This document shows positions 30,301 through 38,330 of a stretch of DNA of 64,000 nucleotides, piece after piece. The stretch spans positions 7,812 through 71,811 of the forward strand of contig JAADHN010000141.1 in the NCBI GenBank assembly GCA_013151865.1. Direction: 5' to 3'. The notes beneath the pieces were generated by a model that saw only the letters and a list, made by a program, of their open reading frames with translations, had not been told where the DNA came from and did not search any database. This DNA comes from Kiritimatiellota bacterium (GTDB lineage Bacteria; Verrucomicrobiota; Lentisphaeria; Oligosphaerales; JAADHN01). Both the position numbers and the translations under genes were made by a program. Positions within the stretch are counted from its first letter, which is position 1; each line of letters opens with the position of its first letter.

Positions 30301-30614
30301 ACCGTGACGGCCCCGTTCTGGGGCTCCGTCGCCTTGCGCGCGGCCGCGACCGTTCCCCGGTCTCGGTCCAGGCCGAAGACCAGGAAGCGTCCTTGACGCA
30401 CGGGTTCGGCCAGGATTCCCGCCTCCCGGCAACCGATCACGACCACCAAGCCGCCGTGGGCGCCGGTGGCATCCAGCAATTGCCCAAAGGGCACGGTCCC
30501 CGCGCCCGCAGCGTCCGGACGAGAAAACAGCAGGAACAGCACCAGCCAAAATGCCGGTCGTATCGCACGCGGCGGTTGAGACGAGGTATCACGCCCTTTC
30601 CCGCGGAGAATCAT
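27369..30614 (-). CDS. PQQ-like beta-propeller repeat protein with an N-terminal methyltransferase-like domain
   Basis: Signal peptide; ALRVLRPGG; WTHYLHDA.GN; repeated ALDAxxGxxxW; DWPTYRHDPLRSG; GHHHRCY and PPHCCGC motifs. Confidence 0.8.
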   Translation of the reverse strand: MILRGKGRDTSSQPPRAIRPAFWLVLFLLFSRPDAAGAGTVPFGQLLDATGAHGGLVVVIGCREAGILAEPVRQGRFLVFGLDRDRGTVAAARKATEPQNGAVTVAVWRGNTVPVVDNAVTLLVVRAGHAMERTEALRVLRPGGVVWWETDGRQERKKRPENIDTWTHYLHDAAGNAVARDEQVGPPRAMQWLAAPLWTRNHHALNSVSAMVADAARIYTVQDNAPSASLKVPARWRVTARDAFNGKLLWEHAIDSWADWRGPFRSGPVELARLLVAGGGNVYVPLALGAPVSALDGASGRLVRTYPATRGAEEILWDRNTLLVVVGSPFAAQSVFHARRRGRRSAADGKAAADYRRSLIAFNADSATRLWEWSGKPGETGPTPLTSAMDPERVCFQLGNGVVCLDRRTGVEKWRTPHAGVGRRHGPILTTPSTLVLHRNVVLWADGKKVTALDAADGRELWRAPIRAGFRSPCDVFVIDGLVWTGPDFAVGRELRTGRKAKAQSILGGLQTLGHHHRCYREKATSRFIIAGKRGFEFVDLLGTDDSRNNWVRGTCQYGILPCNGLIYAPPHCCGCYMEAKLYGAWALSAQTRKGLRPSPVERLERGSASGSATTDKGRPEDWPTYRHDPLRSGNATTPVSDRLKTVWIVNAGGRLSAPVAAAGTVVVSDVDAQRVIALDADTGAVRWTFRTGGRVDSPPTLYAGTAIFGCADGSVYCVRLDDGRLIWRFLAAPSDLRTVALERVESVRPVHGSVLVQNGTAYFAVGRSSYLDGGILLYGLDARSGAIRYRTVAAGKHFTGPGVSKEEADQVRPYKLTQNAVDARTLLAPDKADAFSMAGGVTSDVLVSNGADLFLRWQRYDTRLRRRSGRGRHLFSTSSLLDGADVHRSHWVLGTGDFGRIPVAYSWIVNRKNPTPRFGCEPVAVFGLLLTFDDAAVFGISRVNGYQGYEIFRGPNRPLTAVPDPPPDFHTVHKGAPRLDYRARWKWHVRLDLRPRALIKAGNRLFLAGMPDRLGRGDAESIAVFEGRGGGLVRSLDPATGKTVSETKLAAPPVWNGLAAARGRLLVSCMNGTVVCLGPR

Positions 30615-30730
30615 GTTGCGTCCCTCACACTAACCGGGGCGGCGATCATGTCCCCGGGCCTGGTTCCGATCCGGCGAACGGGCGTGAAGCCCTCCGGCAC
30701 TCGTGGAACGTCAAGAGGCGCATGGCCGAA

Positions 30731-32932
30731 TCACCGTCCGTACAAGCGGACCCAGTCGATTTCGACGGTATCGCCGGGGCGGCCGACATCCAGGCGCAGG
30801 AGGCCCAAACGTCCGCTCCACTTTCCCCGTGGCTTGCGCGAGACCTGGTAAGTGTGCCACTGGCCGTCATTCAACAGTTTGAACCGGAATGCCTTGTCCG
30901 CAGACAGGGCGGGTTCCTTCTTTGTACTCCAAAAAACCTCGCAGGACGTGGCACGGTCCGATTCGGCGCCGGTCACCCTGAGCCGCACCGCGAGGCAGCG
31001 GAGGTCTTCCACGGCCACGTCCACATCGCCGACCAGGAATTGGGGATCTTCGGTGACGACTTCCGCGCGCAACAGCCCGTCCCGCACGCCGAATTCCCGG
31101 ACGCCGCCGCTCGTCCAGCCCTGCGTCGTGTCGGTGTCGAATTCCCATCGTTTCAGGACTGACGCGGCGGGCAGCGGCTGATCGGTTTTCCACCACGTTG
31201 AGCGCGGGTACAGGGGCGGCGGCACGTCCGGTTTCTTGGCGGTCTCCGCGGCGGCCTTCCGTTCCGCGGGCGTCAATACGCTGAAGGCGGCGATCTTCTC
31301 CGGAGGAGGCACATAGTCCACGTGCTTGCGGGGCGCCTTCGAAAAGACCTCCCGCACCGTATCGAGGAAGTCGAACCGCCATTCCCGGTCCGGTTCGAGG
31401 AAACTGCCTTCGCCCCATTCGTTCCATGCTTCGATGATCGCCATGTTCAGACGCTTATCGAGATACTTGCGGCTGTTTTCGCACATCACCCGGAATTTCT
31501 CCGGTGTCTTGCCGGTGATGACCGCGGCGCGACTGCCGTGTCGGGGCCGCGAGTCCCAGTTGGTGCCGATGGGCAGGAGGTACGGCAATTTCAGAGAACG
31601 GGAGATGCTCTCCCACATGGTTTCGTAATGCCGGACCATGATTTCGTACGGCAGGCTGCTGCCGGCGTGCCACTCGTACGGCGCATCGAAGTCCGCGCCG
31701 TAATAGCCGTACCCCGATACGGCGTCGAAGCCCATCGCCGCGATGTCGCGTCCCGAACGCACCGATACCAGGTACAGTGGGGGGACACCGCGTTTTTCGA
31801 GCGCGGCGTTCATTTGTTGGAGGACCTTTCGAAACCCCTCCGGGCCGCCGTTGGCCCGGGCCAGGGCGCGTGGGTCCCAAATCATCAGCACGGGGCGGCC
31901 GTCGACCGTGAGGTAGTTCGGCAGCTTGAAATAGCGCTCGGCCATGTACTCGACCATTTCGACCAGGACCGTTGGCCGGAAATCGAGGCCTGCGGCAGTC
32001 AGGCCGTTGAAGGTCCGGGCGTCGTTGAATTCCCATCGTACCCGTTCGTCCACGCGGCCTTCCGCGTCCAGGAACCGAATGAAATCCACCTCCACCCGGG
32101 CGCCCGGCGGTCCGGCGGTGGGGTCGAGCCGCAGGCTGTTGATTCGCCCGGTCCATGAGTCCACGGCGGCCAAATCGAGGATGTACTCGTGGAACGTGTT
32201 GTCCGGAATAATCTTGAACGGAATGCTGTTGCGTTCGCTGGTCCGGCCCTTGTCGTTGCTCCAGAACAATTGGGCGTGTTCGCCCCGGTCCACTTTCATG
32301 CGGATCACGGCTTTGGCGATGCGGGCGGCGTCCATGCGCACCACGCAGGCAAACGCCGGATCGTTGCTCGTGACCCGTGCCTCGAGTGCACCGTCTTTCA
32401 CGGCCGTGGCGGCCAGTCCCATCATCGGATACCAACGGCGCGTTTTCCAGTCCAGACCGTGATTGCACCAGTGGATGCAGAATTTCATTTGCGAGGCGTA
32501 GCGGGCCTTGAGAAAACCGCGCTCGAGCGTGCGCAGCAGGCGGTGTTCGCCCGCGTTCCAGTACCAGTCGAAGGCGAAGAACGAGACGCCGTGTTCCAGG
32601 GCCCATTTGATGTGCCAGTCATTGACCTCGGGCAGGGAGTCGTCGTAGAACCCGAGAAGCGGCCGTGGTTGCGGGCGGCGCGCGATTAGGCGCCATTCGC
32701 TTTCTTCGTCGTGGGTGGGATATGGATAATCGCCGCGCCCTTTGTCCCGGTACCAACCGGGGAAGATATACGCCCCGAGCGTCACATCCGTGGCAATCGG
32801 TTTCGGCGGCGGCGGATAGCCCCCCCGCCAGACCCGTACTTCACCCGCGCTTGCGGGCAGCAGCGCAAAGGCGGTCATGAGGACGAGGCGCGAAAAGGCG
32901 ACGCCCCCAAGTGTTCGAACACGATCTTTCAT
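30731..32932 (-). CDS. GH99-like / WbsX-family glycoside hydrolase with inserted and C-terminal CBM-like domains
   Basis: AYIFPGW, PLLGFYDD, FDWYW, FCIHWCNH, WDSRPR, AWNEWGEGSFLEP; two LRLD(P/V)..VEVDFIRF/IDWVRL modules. Confidence 0.75.
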   Translation of the reverse strand: MKDRVRTLGGVAFSRLVLMTAFALLPASAGEVRVWRGGYPPPPKPIATDVTLGAYIFPGWYRDKGRGDYPYPTHDEESEWRLIARRPQPRPLLGFYDDSLPEVNDWHIKWALEHGVSFFAFDWYWNAGEHRLLRTLERGFLKARYASQMKFCIHWCNHGLDWKTRRWYPMMGLAATAVKDGALEARVTSNDPAFACVVRMDAARIAKAVIRMKVDRGEHAQLFWSNDKGRTSERNSIPFKIIPDNTFHEYILDLAAVDSWTGRINSLRLDPTAGPPGARVEVDFIRFLDAEGRVDERVRWEFNDARTFNGLTAAGLDFRPTVLVEMVEYMAERYFKLPNYLTVDGRPVLMIWDPRALARANGGPEGFRKVLQQMNAALEKRGVPPLYLVSVRSGRDIAAMGFDAVSGYGYYGADFDAPYEWHAGSSLPYEIMVRHYETMWESISRSLKLPYLLPIGTNWDSRPRHGSRAAVITGKTPEKFRVMCENSRKYLDKRLNMAIIEAWNEWGEGSFLEPDREWRFDFLDTVREVFSKAPRKHVDYVPPPEKIAAFSVLTPAERKAAAETAKKPDVPPPLYPRSTWWKTDQPLPAASVLKRWEFDTDTTQGWTSGGVREFGVRDGLLRAEVVTEDPQFLVGDVDVAVEDLRCLAVRLRVTGAESDRATSCEVFWSTKKEPALSADKAFRFKLLNDGQWHTYQVSRKPRGKWSGRLGLLRLDVGRPGDTVEIDWVRLYGR

Positions 32933-33350
32933 AGGGCAATTCCCGTTTCGGTGTGAGGACGCCCCCCCCGCCGGCCGACACGGACGGCGGGAGACACGCC
33001 AAACATACACCGGAAAACAATCGGTGGATGGAGAGGTGTCGCACGAATCGGCCGTGCCTGGAGAGCGAGCGTCTCCGCGAGGCGATCTCCCGTGATTCAC
33101 ACCCTCCTCGCGCCTTCGGTCAAGGCACACGCGAAACGCGGTGCTTTCCGCCGCACATACCGTCGCCAAGGAATCGACCAAGCGGAAGGAACCGGTGGGA
33201 TGCTGCACGGCGGCGAGGTCCGGCAGTGCGGGTCGTCTCGGCCCGGAACAATATGTTTTTCCGATAGAAGTTTCGGCAATTTCGTCCCGGGACGGTCCGC
33301 ACCGCTGGGCGCCCGCGCCGGCGCCCCGCGTCGGAGTTTGCGACCCGACC

Positions 33351-34529
33351 TCACCCTCCCAGCTCCACACAGCGCCGGCGATAGTGCAGGTAGTTCTCGT
33401 ACGGGACTTCCTCGGGCACGCCGTGGTCGCAGGTGGGGATGTAGCCTCCGCGTTCCCGCATCGCCGGCAGGATGCGTTCCACCAAGCGGTCGATGTCCGC
33501 CTTGGACTGCGCCAAGATCCGTTTGTCGATCCCGCCCGAGATGACCATGTTGGGAAACTCGCGCCCGGTCCGGACGACGTCGCAGCCTGCGGCCACCTCG
33601 AACGGACTCATGACGTCCATGCCGATTTCCCGGTAGACGGGTATGACGGGATCGGCGAAACCGTCGGTATCGATTTGGACGTAAAGGTGACGGCGACGGT
33701 CGATCTGGCGCGATCGAACGTTGCGGATCAATTGTTGGTAATACGGCAGGAGGTATTCGCGCATCATGTCGGGACTGATCAGCGGACCGTGGTTGTAGCA
33801 GATGTCCTCGGCAAAGAAGATTTGATCGAGGGTCACGAACTGCTGGTGCCGGGCGATGACGGTGTCGGCCAGCTCGAACCAGGCGCGCATGCAATCGCGG
33901 ATCAGCTCAGGCTGGTCGTGGAAGGAATAGAGCACGTCTTCGGGGCCGATCAGGCTGCGCAGGTACATATACCCGCCGATCAGGCGCTGGGTAATAATCA
34001 TGCCCCGGGCCGCCGCGGTCTTCGCGGTTTCCATCCGTTGATCGAGGTCCGCGAAGCGTTCGGGCCGGGTCGGATCCAGGCGCCACTTCACGTTTTCTTC
34101 CCAGGTCTTGACGTCCCGGACCGGATGGGCGATGTATTCCGGCATGAATCCGCTGCGCCGTCCCTTGAAAAACAATACGTGTCGGCCCGCGGCGTCCTGG
34201 ACCACTTCGCATTCGCCGCGATCCTCGATCACTCTGTCCTCGAAGGCCGGGACCAGGGCGGCTTCGCACCAGCCGAGTCCCGTCAGGGCGTGTTCGCCCG
34301 GCGGGTCGTACTGGAACAGTTCGGCCAAAGGCACGTCCCTGGGCATGCCCTGTTCGTACCAGCGTTCCAGGCAGTAATACCCGAATTCCCGGCGATACAG
34401 AGGGGCGCCCGGGACTCGCTCGTAGGCGGCCCGCAATCTCCGGGCGCCTTCGGACATTCGCTCCGGGGGCGCCGGCGCGTGCACACCGTCGGCAGCAGGG
34501 GCGGATTCAGGACTCGCCGATGCGACCAT
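33351..34529 (-). CDS. Uroporphyrinogen decarboxylase (URO-D/MtaA-like) family protein
   Basis: EDICYNHGPLISP, DTDG, PFEVAAG, GGIDK, GGYIPTCDHGVP. Confidence 0.8.
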   Translation of the reverse strand: MVASASPESAPAADGVHAPAPPERMSEGARRLRAAYERVPGAPLYRREFGYYCLERWYEQGMPRDVPLAELFQYDPPGEHALTGLGWCEAALVPAFEDRVIEDRGECEVVQDAAGRHVLFFKGRRSGFMPEYIAHPVRDVKTWEENVKWRLDPTRPERFADLDQRMETAKTAAARGMIITQRLIGGYMYLRSLIGPEDVLYSFHDQPELIRDCMRAWFELADTVIARHQQFVTLDQIFFAEDICYNHGPLISPDMMREYLLPYYQQLIRNVRSRQIDRRRHLYVQIDTDGFADPVIPVYREIGMDVMSPFEVAAGCDVVRTGREFPNMVISGGIDKRILAQSKADIDRLVERILPAMRERGGYIPTCDHGVPEEVPYENYLHYRRRCVELGG

Positions 34530-35090
34530 GTCTACCGGTCTCCGTTTTCAGGGGTTGACCGAGGGGTTTCCGGAGTCCGTCGTCCGGAATGGCGGTACAG
34601 TAGACGGGAGGGACCGATTGTCTACTCGGCGTCGTCCGGTCGTATGTGAACGTGAACGAAATGGACCGGGAGGGTCGTCCGCTTTGCCCGTTTGGCCGGA
34701 ACTCGCGGTCAATGCGACGCGGGCGCCGATTGCCGTGGCGTGCAGCAGCCCGTGCACCCGGCCCGACTTTGGCCGAACGCCTTCCAAGGCAAAAACGTGG
34801 TCTTATCGAACGCCTGCACCGGACGCGCCGCCAAGCAAGAAGCGATTTGTGAAGTCTTTTGCGTTTGCCGCAAATGCATTCATTTCGCATTACGCTGCAG
34901 ACGGATCGTGTTATCTTAAGCTGAGCAGTTGATTGCGGTGCAGAATGAATGGACGTACCGCGAGCCGATCCGGCTTTTGCCGGGCTCCACGCATTCGGGG
35001 CGGCGATCTTTCCTCCTGTGTTTCCGGGCGGATGAAGGGAGAAGCGTCGCTGGAAATGGCGGAGAGTGCGGATGCGAATCGGAGAGAGAC

Positions 35091-37904
35091 ATGAGCAACA
35101 ACTCCCGGAGATCGTGTTCCCGTTCCAAGCAGATGTCGGCCGGTAGTTGGATGGTCCTCTCTCTTTTTCTGCTCTTGTGCACCGGCCGACCGGCACTGGC
35201 GTGGTCGCAAGTGCGGTTGGACATTGCCGCCGCCCCGGAAGGTTTGCTTTGGGCAAGCGGCTTGCTTGCCGAAAAGTTGTCCATCCCGCTTGGGAATCTC
35301 GGGGCCCGGCCGGCTGCCTCGGAGGGTCCCGGTTCTCTGCTGCAAGTGAGCTGGCCTGCGGCGGCTGACTGGGGGGGCGTTCAGGACCGCCTCGGCCAAT
35401 TGGAGCCTGGGACGCTGGGTACAGAGGGGTTCGCGCTGGTGCGGTCGGGCGAGGATTACCTGATCGTGGGGAATACTCCCATCGGCGCCATGTATGGCGT
35501 GGTCGAATTGCTTCAACGCCTGGGGGACGGACGCCCTCCGTCGGCCCGCCAAGCGGCGGAAATACAGACGCCGCGCCTGCGTATTCGCGGCGAAGCGCAG
35601 AGCTTGCCTTTTTGGTTGGGAACCACGATGTACGCGGGCAACTGGTCCGGCTACGGCAAGCAGGAGAACACGGCAGACTGGTATTGGTTCGACAAGGCCT
35701 ACTGGCGTCGCCTGTTCCGCCGGCTTGCCATGGGAAGGGAGAACGCCCTGTTGTACTGGCATCCGCATCCGTTCGCCGCTTTTGTTTCCTTGCCCGCCTA
35801 CCCGGCGGCCAACTATTTTCCCCCGAGCCTGCAGGTTGCCTACCAGCGTCAGTTCCACTGGATCCTGCGGACGGGGCTGGAATACGGCGTACATATTTAC
35901 CTGTTGACCTGGAACATCTGCGTACTGCCCAGGTTCGCCGAAGCTCACCCGGATGTGCAGGAATTCGGCTCGGATACTCCCATGGTGCGCAAGTACACGG
36001 CGTACGCAGTGAAACGGCTGTTCAATGAGTTTCCTGAATTGGGTTTTGCCACGATGGCTGCGGAGACGCCGCCGGGGTGCGTGGATTTCGTGTTGAAAGC
36101 TCTGGTTGCCCCTCTCAACAGTCTGAAACGAAAGCCGCGTTTCATCTTTTGGACCTGGTGCACGTATCCCGACGAGGCAAAGCGAGTGGTGGACGCGTAT
36201 CAAGGTCCTTCGGAGGTGATGCATTACTTGCAGTACGAGCAGCTTTTCATCGATAAGGTGGATCCGCGTGTAGCCAAGACCGCTGAGACCACGGGGCGTG
36301 AGGTGGTTTGCATCGGCGGGCTCGGCGCCGATACGGGCTGGCAATACTGGTGCGATTTGCCGTTCTTGCACAACCTGATAGCGGATTTGCCGGCCAAGCA
36401 ATCCTGCGGTGTGTTCTTCCAGGGACTGGACTCCTTCGAATTCCTGGCCGCGCGCCCCCTGGCGCACGACGCATTGGGGAAGTTCCTCTGGCGTCCGGAA
36501 GTCCCCTTCGATCCTTCGTTTTGGAAAACGAAACTCTCCCGGCGGTACGCTTCGCAGCCATTGGGCGAAAACTTGTGGCGCGCGATGTGCGCGGGATCGG
36601 GAATCACCCCGCGCTTTGTCCAGTTGGTCCATTCGCAGACCGACCACTACGTGCCCCAACTCGGCCTGCCCCTGGTGAATTTCCTGGAGCAACCCACCTT
36701 GAACACCTATGTGTTCGAGAATCACGACACCGTGGGCCGGGACGGTTTACTCCACCCGAACATGGGTTTGAGCTGGCCGAACCCGGACTGGGGCCGCGAA
36801 CTCCAGGGCGTGAAAGCCTATGTTGACGCCGCGAAAACGGGTCGCCGGAGCAAAGGCGAGACGCCTTTGGAGGTGGCGGCCGACCTGCAACATCGGGCCG
36901 ACACGACAGCGAAGGCCCTGCGCGTTTGCACTGAGAACCTGAAAACCGGCCACGTGCAAAAGGTCGAGGAGGCGCGTGCCATCTGCAACTTGCTCAACAT
37001 GAACGTCTGGCTCGGCCGATACTATGCGGCCAAAATTCGTGCCGCCGTTGCTTGGGAAATGTGGCGTCGACGAATCGCGCCCGAACGCAATCGCAAAGGT
37101 TGTCTTGCCGCGCTGGATCGGTCTCTGGCGGCCTGGCGGGAATTGTGCCGTTGGAACCGGCGTTTGCACCTGGGGACGTTCGGCTTCTGGCGCTCCGAGG
37201 TGAACGTCGAGCCGCCCTGGAATCACTGGGACATCTGGCGCGGCTACGTTCTGACAAAAGGCAATTTCTGCACACAACTGCCCTTTTTCGAAAGAGAGCG
37301 CGGGTTGGTGGCCGGGCAACTGGCAGGCGCGCCGGAAACAGCCCGGCTGCCCCTGTGGCGCGATTTGGCGCCGCCGCCGAGAATCGTCCGTGTCGTCGCC
37401 GCGTGCGAATTCGAGCATGGCTTGCCCGACTTCCTGGTTCCGGGGCCCGAGGCGCTGGTACAAGCGGTGAAAAGACCCGGAACAGTAATATCCGGCAAAT
37501 ATTCCCTACTGCTGGAAACTCGCGGCAATCCCAAAAACTGGACGCTCCTGGCGAGCTTCAATGCGCGCCGGTTGCCTCTGCAGCGCGGCCGTCACTACCG
37601 GCTGGAGTTCGATTACGGCGTACTGGCGACGGGGGCCCCGGAAAACCGCCTCGGCGTGGGGGCGCATTCATCGGCAGGCTGGCAACACGATATCGGCACC
37701 AACCGATTCATCAAACTCAGAAAGGGGGCCCGCGGTCATTGGTTCATCGATTTCACGCCCAAGAAATTCGACGACTACCAGGTGTTCTGGTCCATCGAAA
37801 AAGGCGGTGCGGTCGTCTTGGACGCTGTTCGTTTGCTGGAGACGGCGCCCCCTGTCACAGGGAAGCCGCCCGCCAAGCGCGGGGCGGGAGGCGCGCCCTG
37901 GTGA
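35091..37904 (+). CDS. Secreted putative glycoside hydrolase (GH20/67/115-type N-terminal domain)
   Basis: GGAGAG RBS; signal peptide; EGFALV..IVGNTPIGAMYGVVEL; NALLYWHPHPF; C-terminal CBM-like domain. Confidence 0.6.
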   Translation: MSNNSRRSCSRSKQMSAGSWMVLSLFLLLCTGRPALAWSQVRLDIAAAPEGLLWASGLLAEKLSIPLGNLGARPAASEGPGSLLQVSWPAAADWGGVQDRLGQLEPGTLGTEGFALVRSGEDYLIVGNTPIGAMYGVVELLQRLGDGRPPSARQAAEIQTPRLRIRGEAQSLPFWLGTTMYAGNWSGYGKQENTADWYWFDKAYWRRLFRRLAMGRENALLYWHPHPFAAFVSLPAYPAANYFPPSLQVAYQRQFHWILRTGLEYGVHIYLLTWNICVLPRFAEAHPDVQEFGSDTPMVRKYTAYAVKRLFNEFPELGFATMAAETPPGCVDFVLKALVAPLNSLKRKPRFIFWTWCTYPDEAKRVVDAYQGPSEVMHYLQYEQLFIDKVDPRVAKTAETTGREVVCIGGLGADTGWQYWCDLPFLHNLIADLPAKQSCGVFFQGLDSFEFLAARPLAHDALGKFLWRPEVPFDPSFWKTKLSRRYASQPLGENLWRAMCAGSGITPRFVQLVHSQTDHYVPQLGLPLVNFLEQPTLNTYVFENHDTVGRDGLLHPNMGLSWPNPDWGRELQGVKAYVDAAKTGRRSKGETPLEVAADLQHRADTTAKALRVCTENLKTGHVQKVEEARAICNLLNMNVWLGRYYAAKIRAAVAWEMWRRRIAPERNRKGCLAALDRSLAAWRELCRWNRRLHLGTFGFWRSEVNVEPPWNHWDIWRGYVLTKGNFCTQLPFFERERGLVAGQLAGAPETARLPLWRDLAPPPRIVRVVAACEFEHGLPDFLVPGPEALVQAVKRPGTVISGKYSLLLETRGNPKNWTLLASFNARRLPLQRGRHYRLEFDYGVLATGAPENRLGVGAHSSAGWQHDIGTNRFIKLRKGARGHWFIDFTPKKFDDYQVFWSIEKGGAVVLDAVRLLETAPPVTGKPPAKRGAGGAPW

Positions 37905-38022
37905 AAGGGGGGCGATGTTCCCCACAGGCCCCGAGGTCGCGAAGAGGGGCCACGGCCAGGCATGCCGATTTCCGGCAGAATTCCGCCGCTCGTGCCGGGC
38001 GGGGTCTCGAGTCGAGGGTCAT

Positions 38023-38256
38023 AGTAAGAGCCCGTCCGTAAAGGGTGCGGACGCTTTCGGGCGATCTTTCGCCGTTTCGGCCGCCCGTCGAGCGGGATTG
38101 CCGCTCAGGGCAGCATCGCCTGCCTGTGCGGGGCACGCAGACAGACCGGGTCCCGCTCGGCGGTAACGAAATTTCACCCAATAATTTCACCCAATATCGT
38201 GTACGCGCGCGGCCACGCACCCTCATTTGTGGATGCCAGTAAGGGCCTGTCCGAAA
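38023..38256. repeat. Nested palindromic MITE/REP-like element
   Basis: 16/19 direct repeats at 38023-38041 and 38238-38256; inverted arms agggtgcg/cgcaccct; central cctgcctgtgcggggcacgcagacag hairpin; 13-bp tandem duplication at 38170-38195. Confidence 0.5.
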
Positions 38257-38330
38257 CGCGAACGGCCCCGGGGCCCAGGCCCCGCATTTCGTGTATTCCA
38301 TGCCAATAAGAAAGAAGAAAGGGAGACCGC

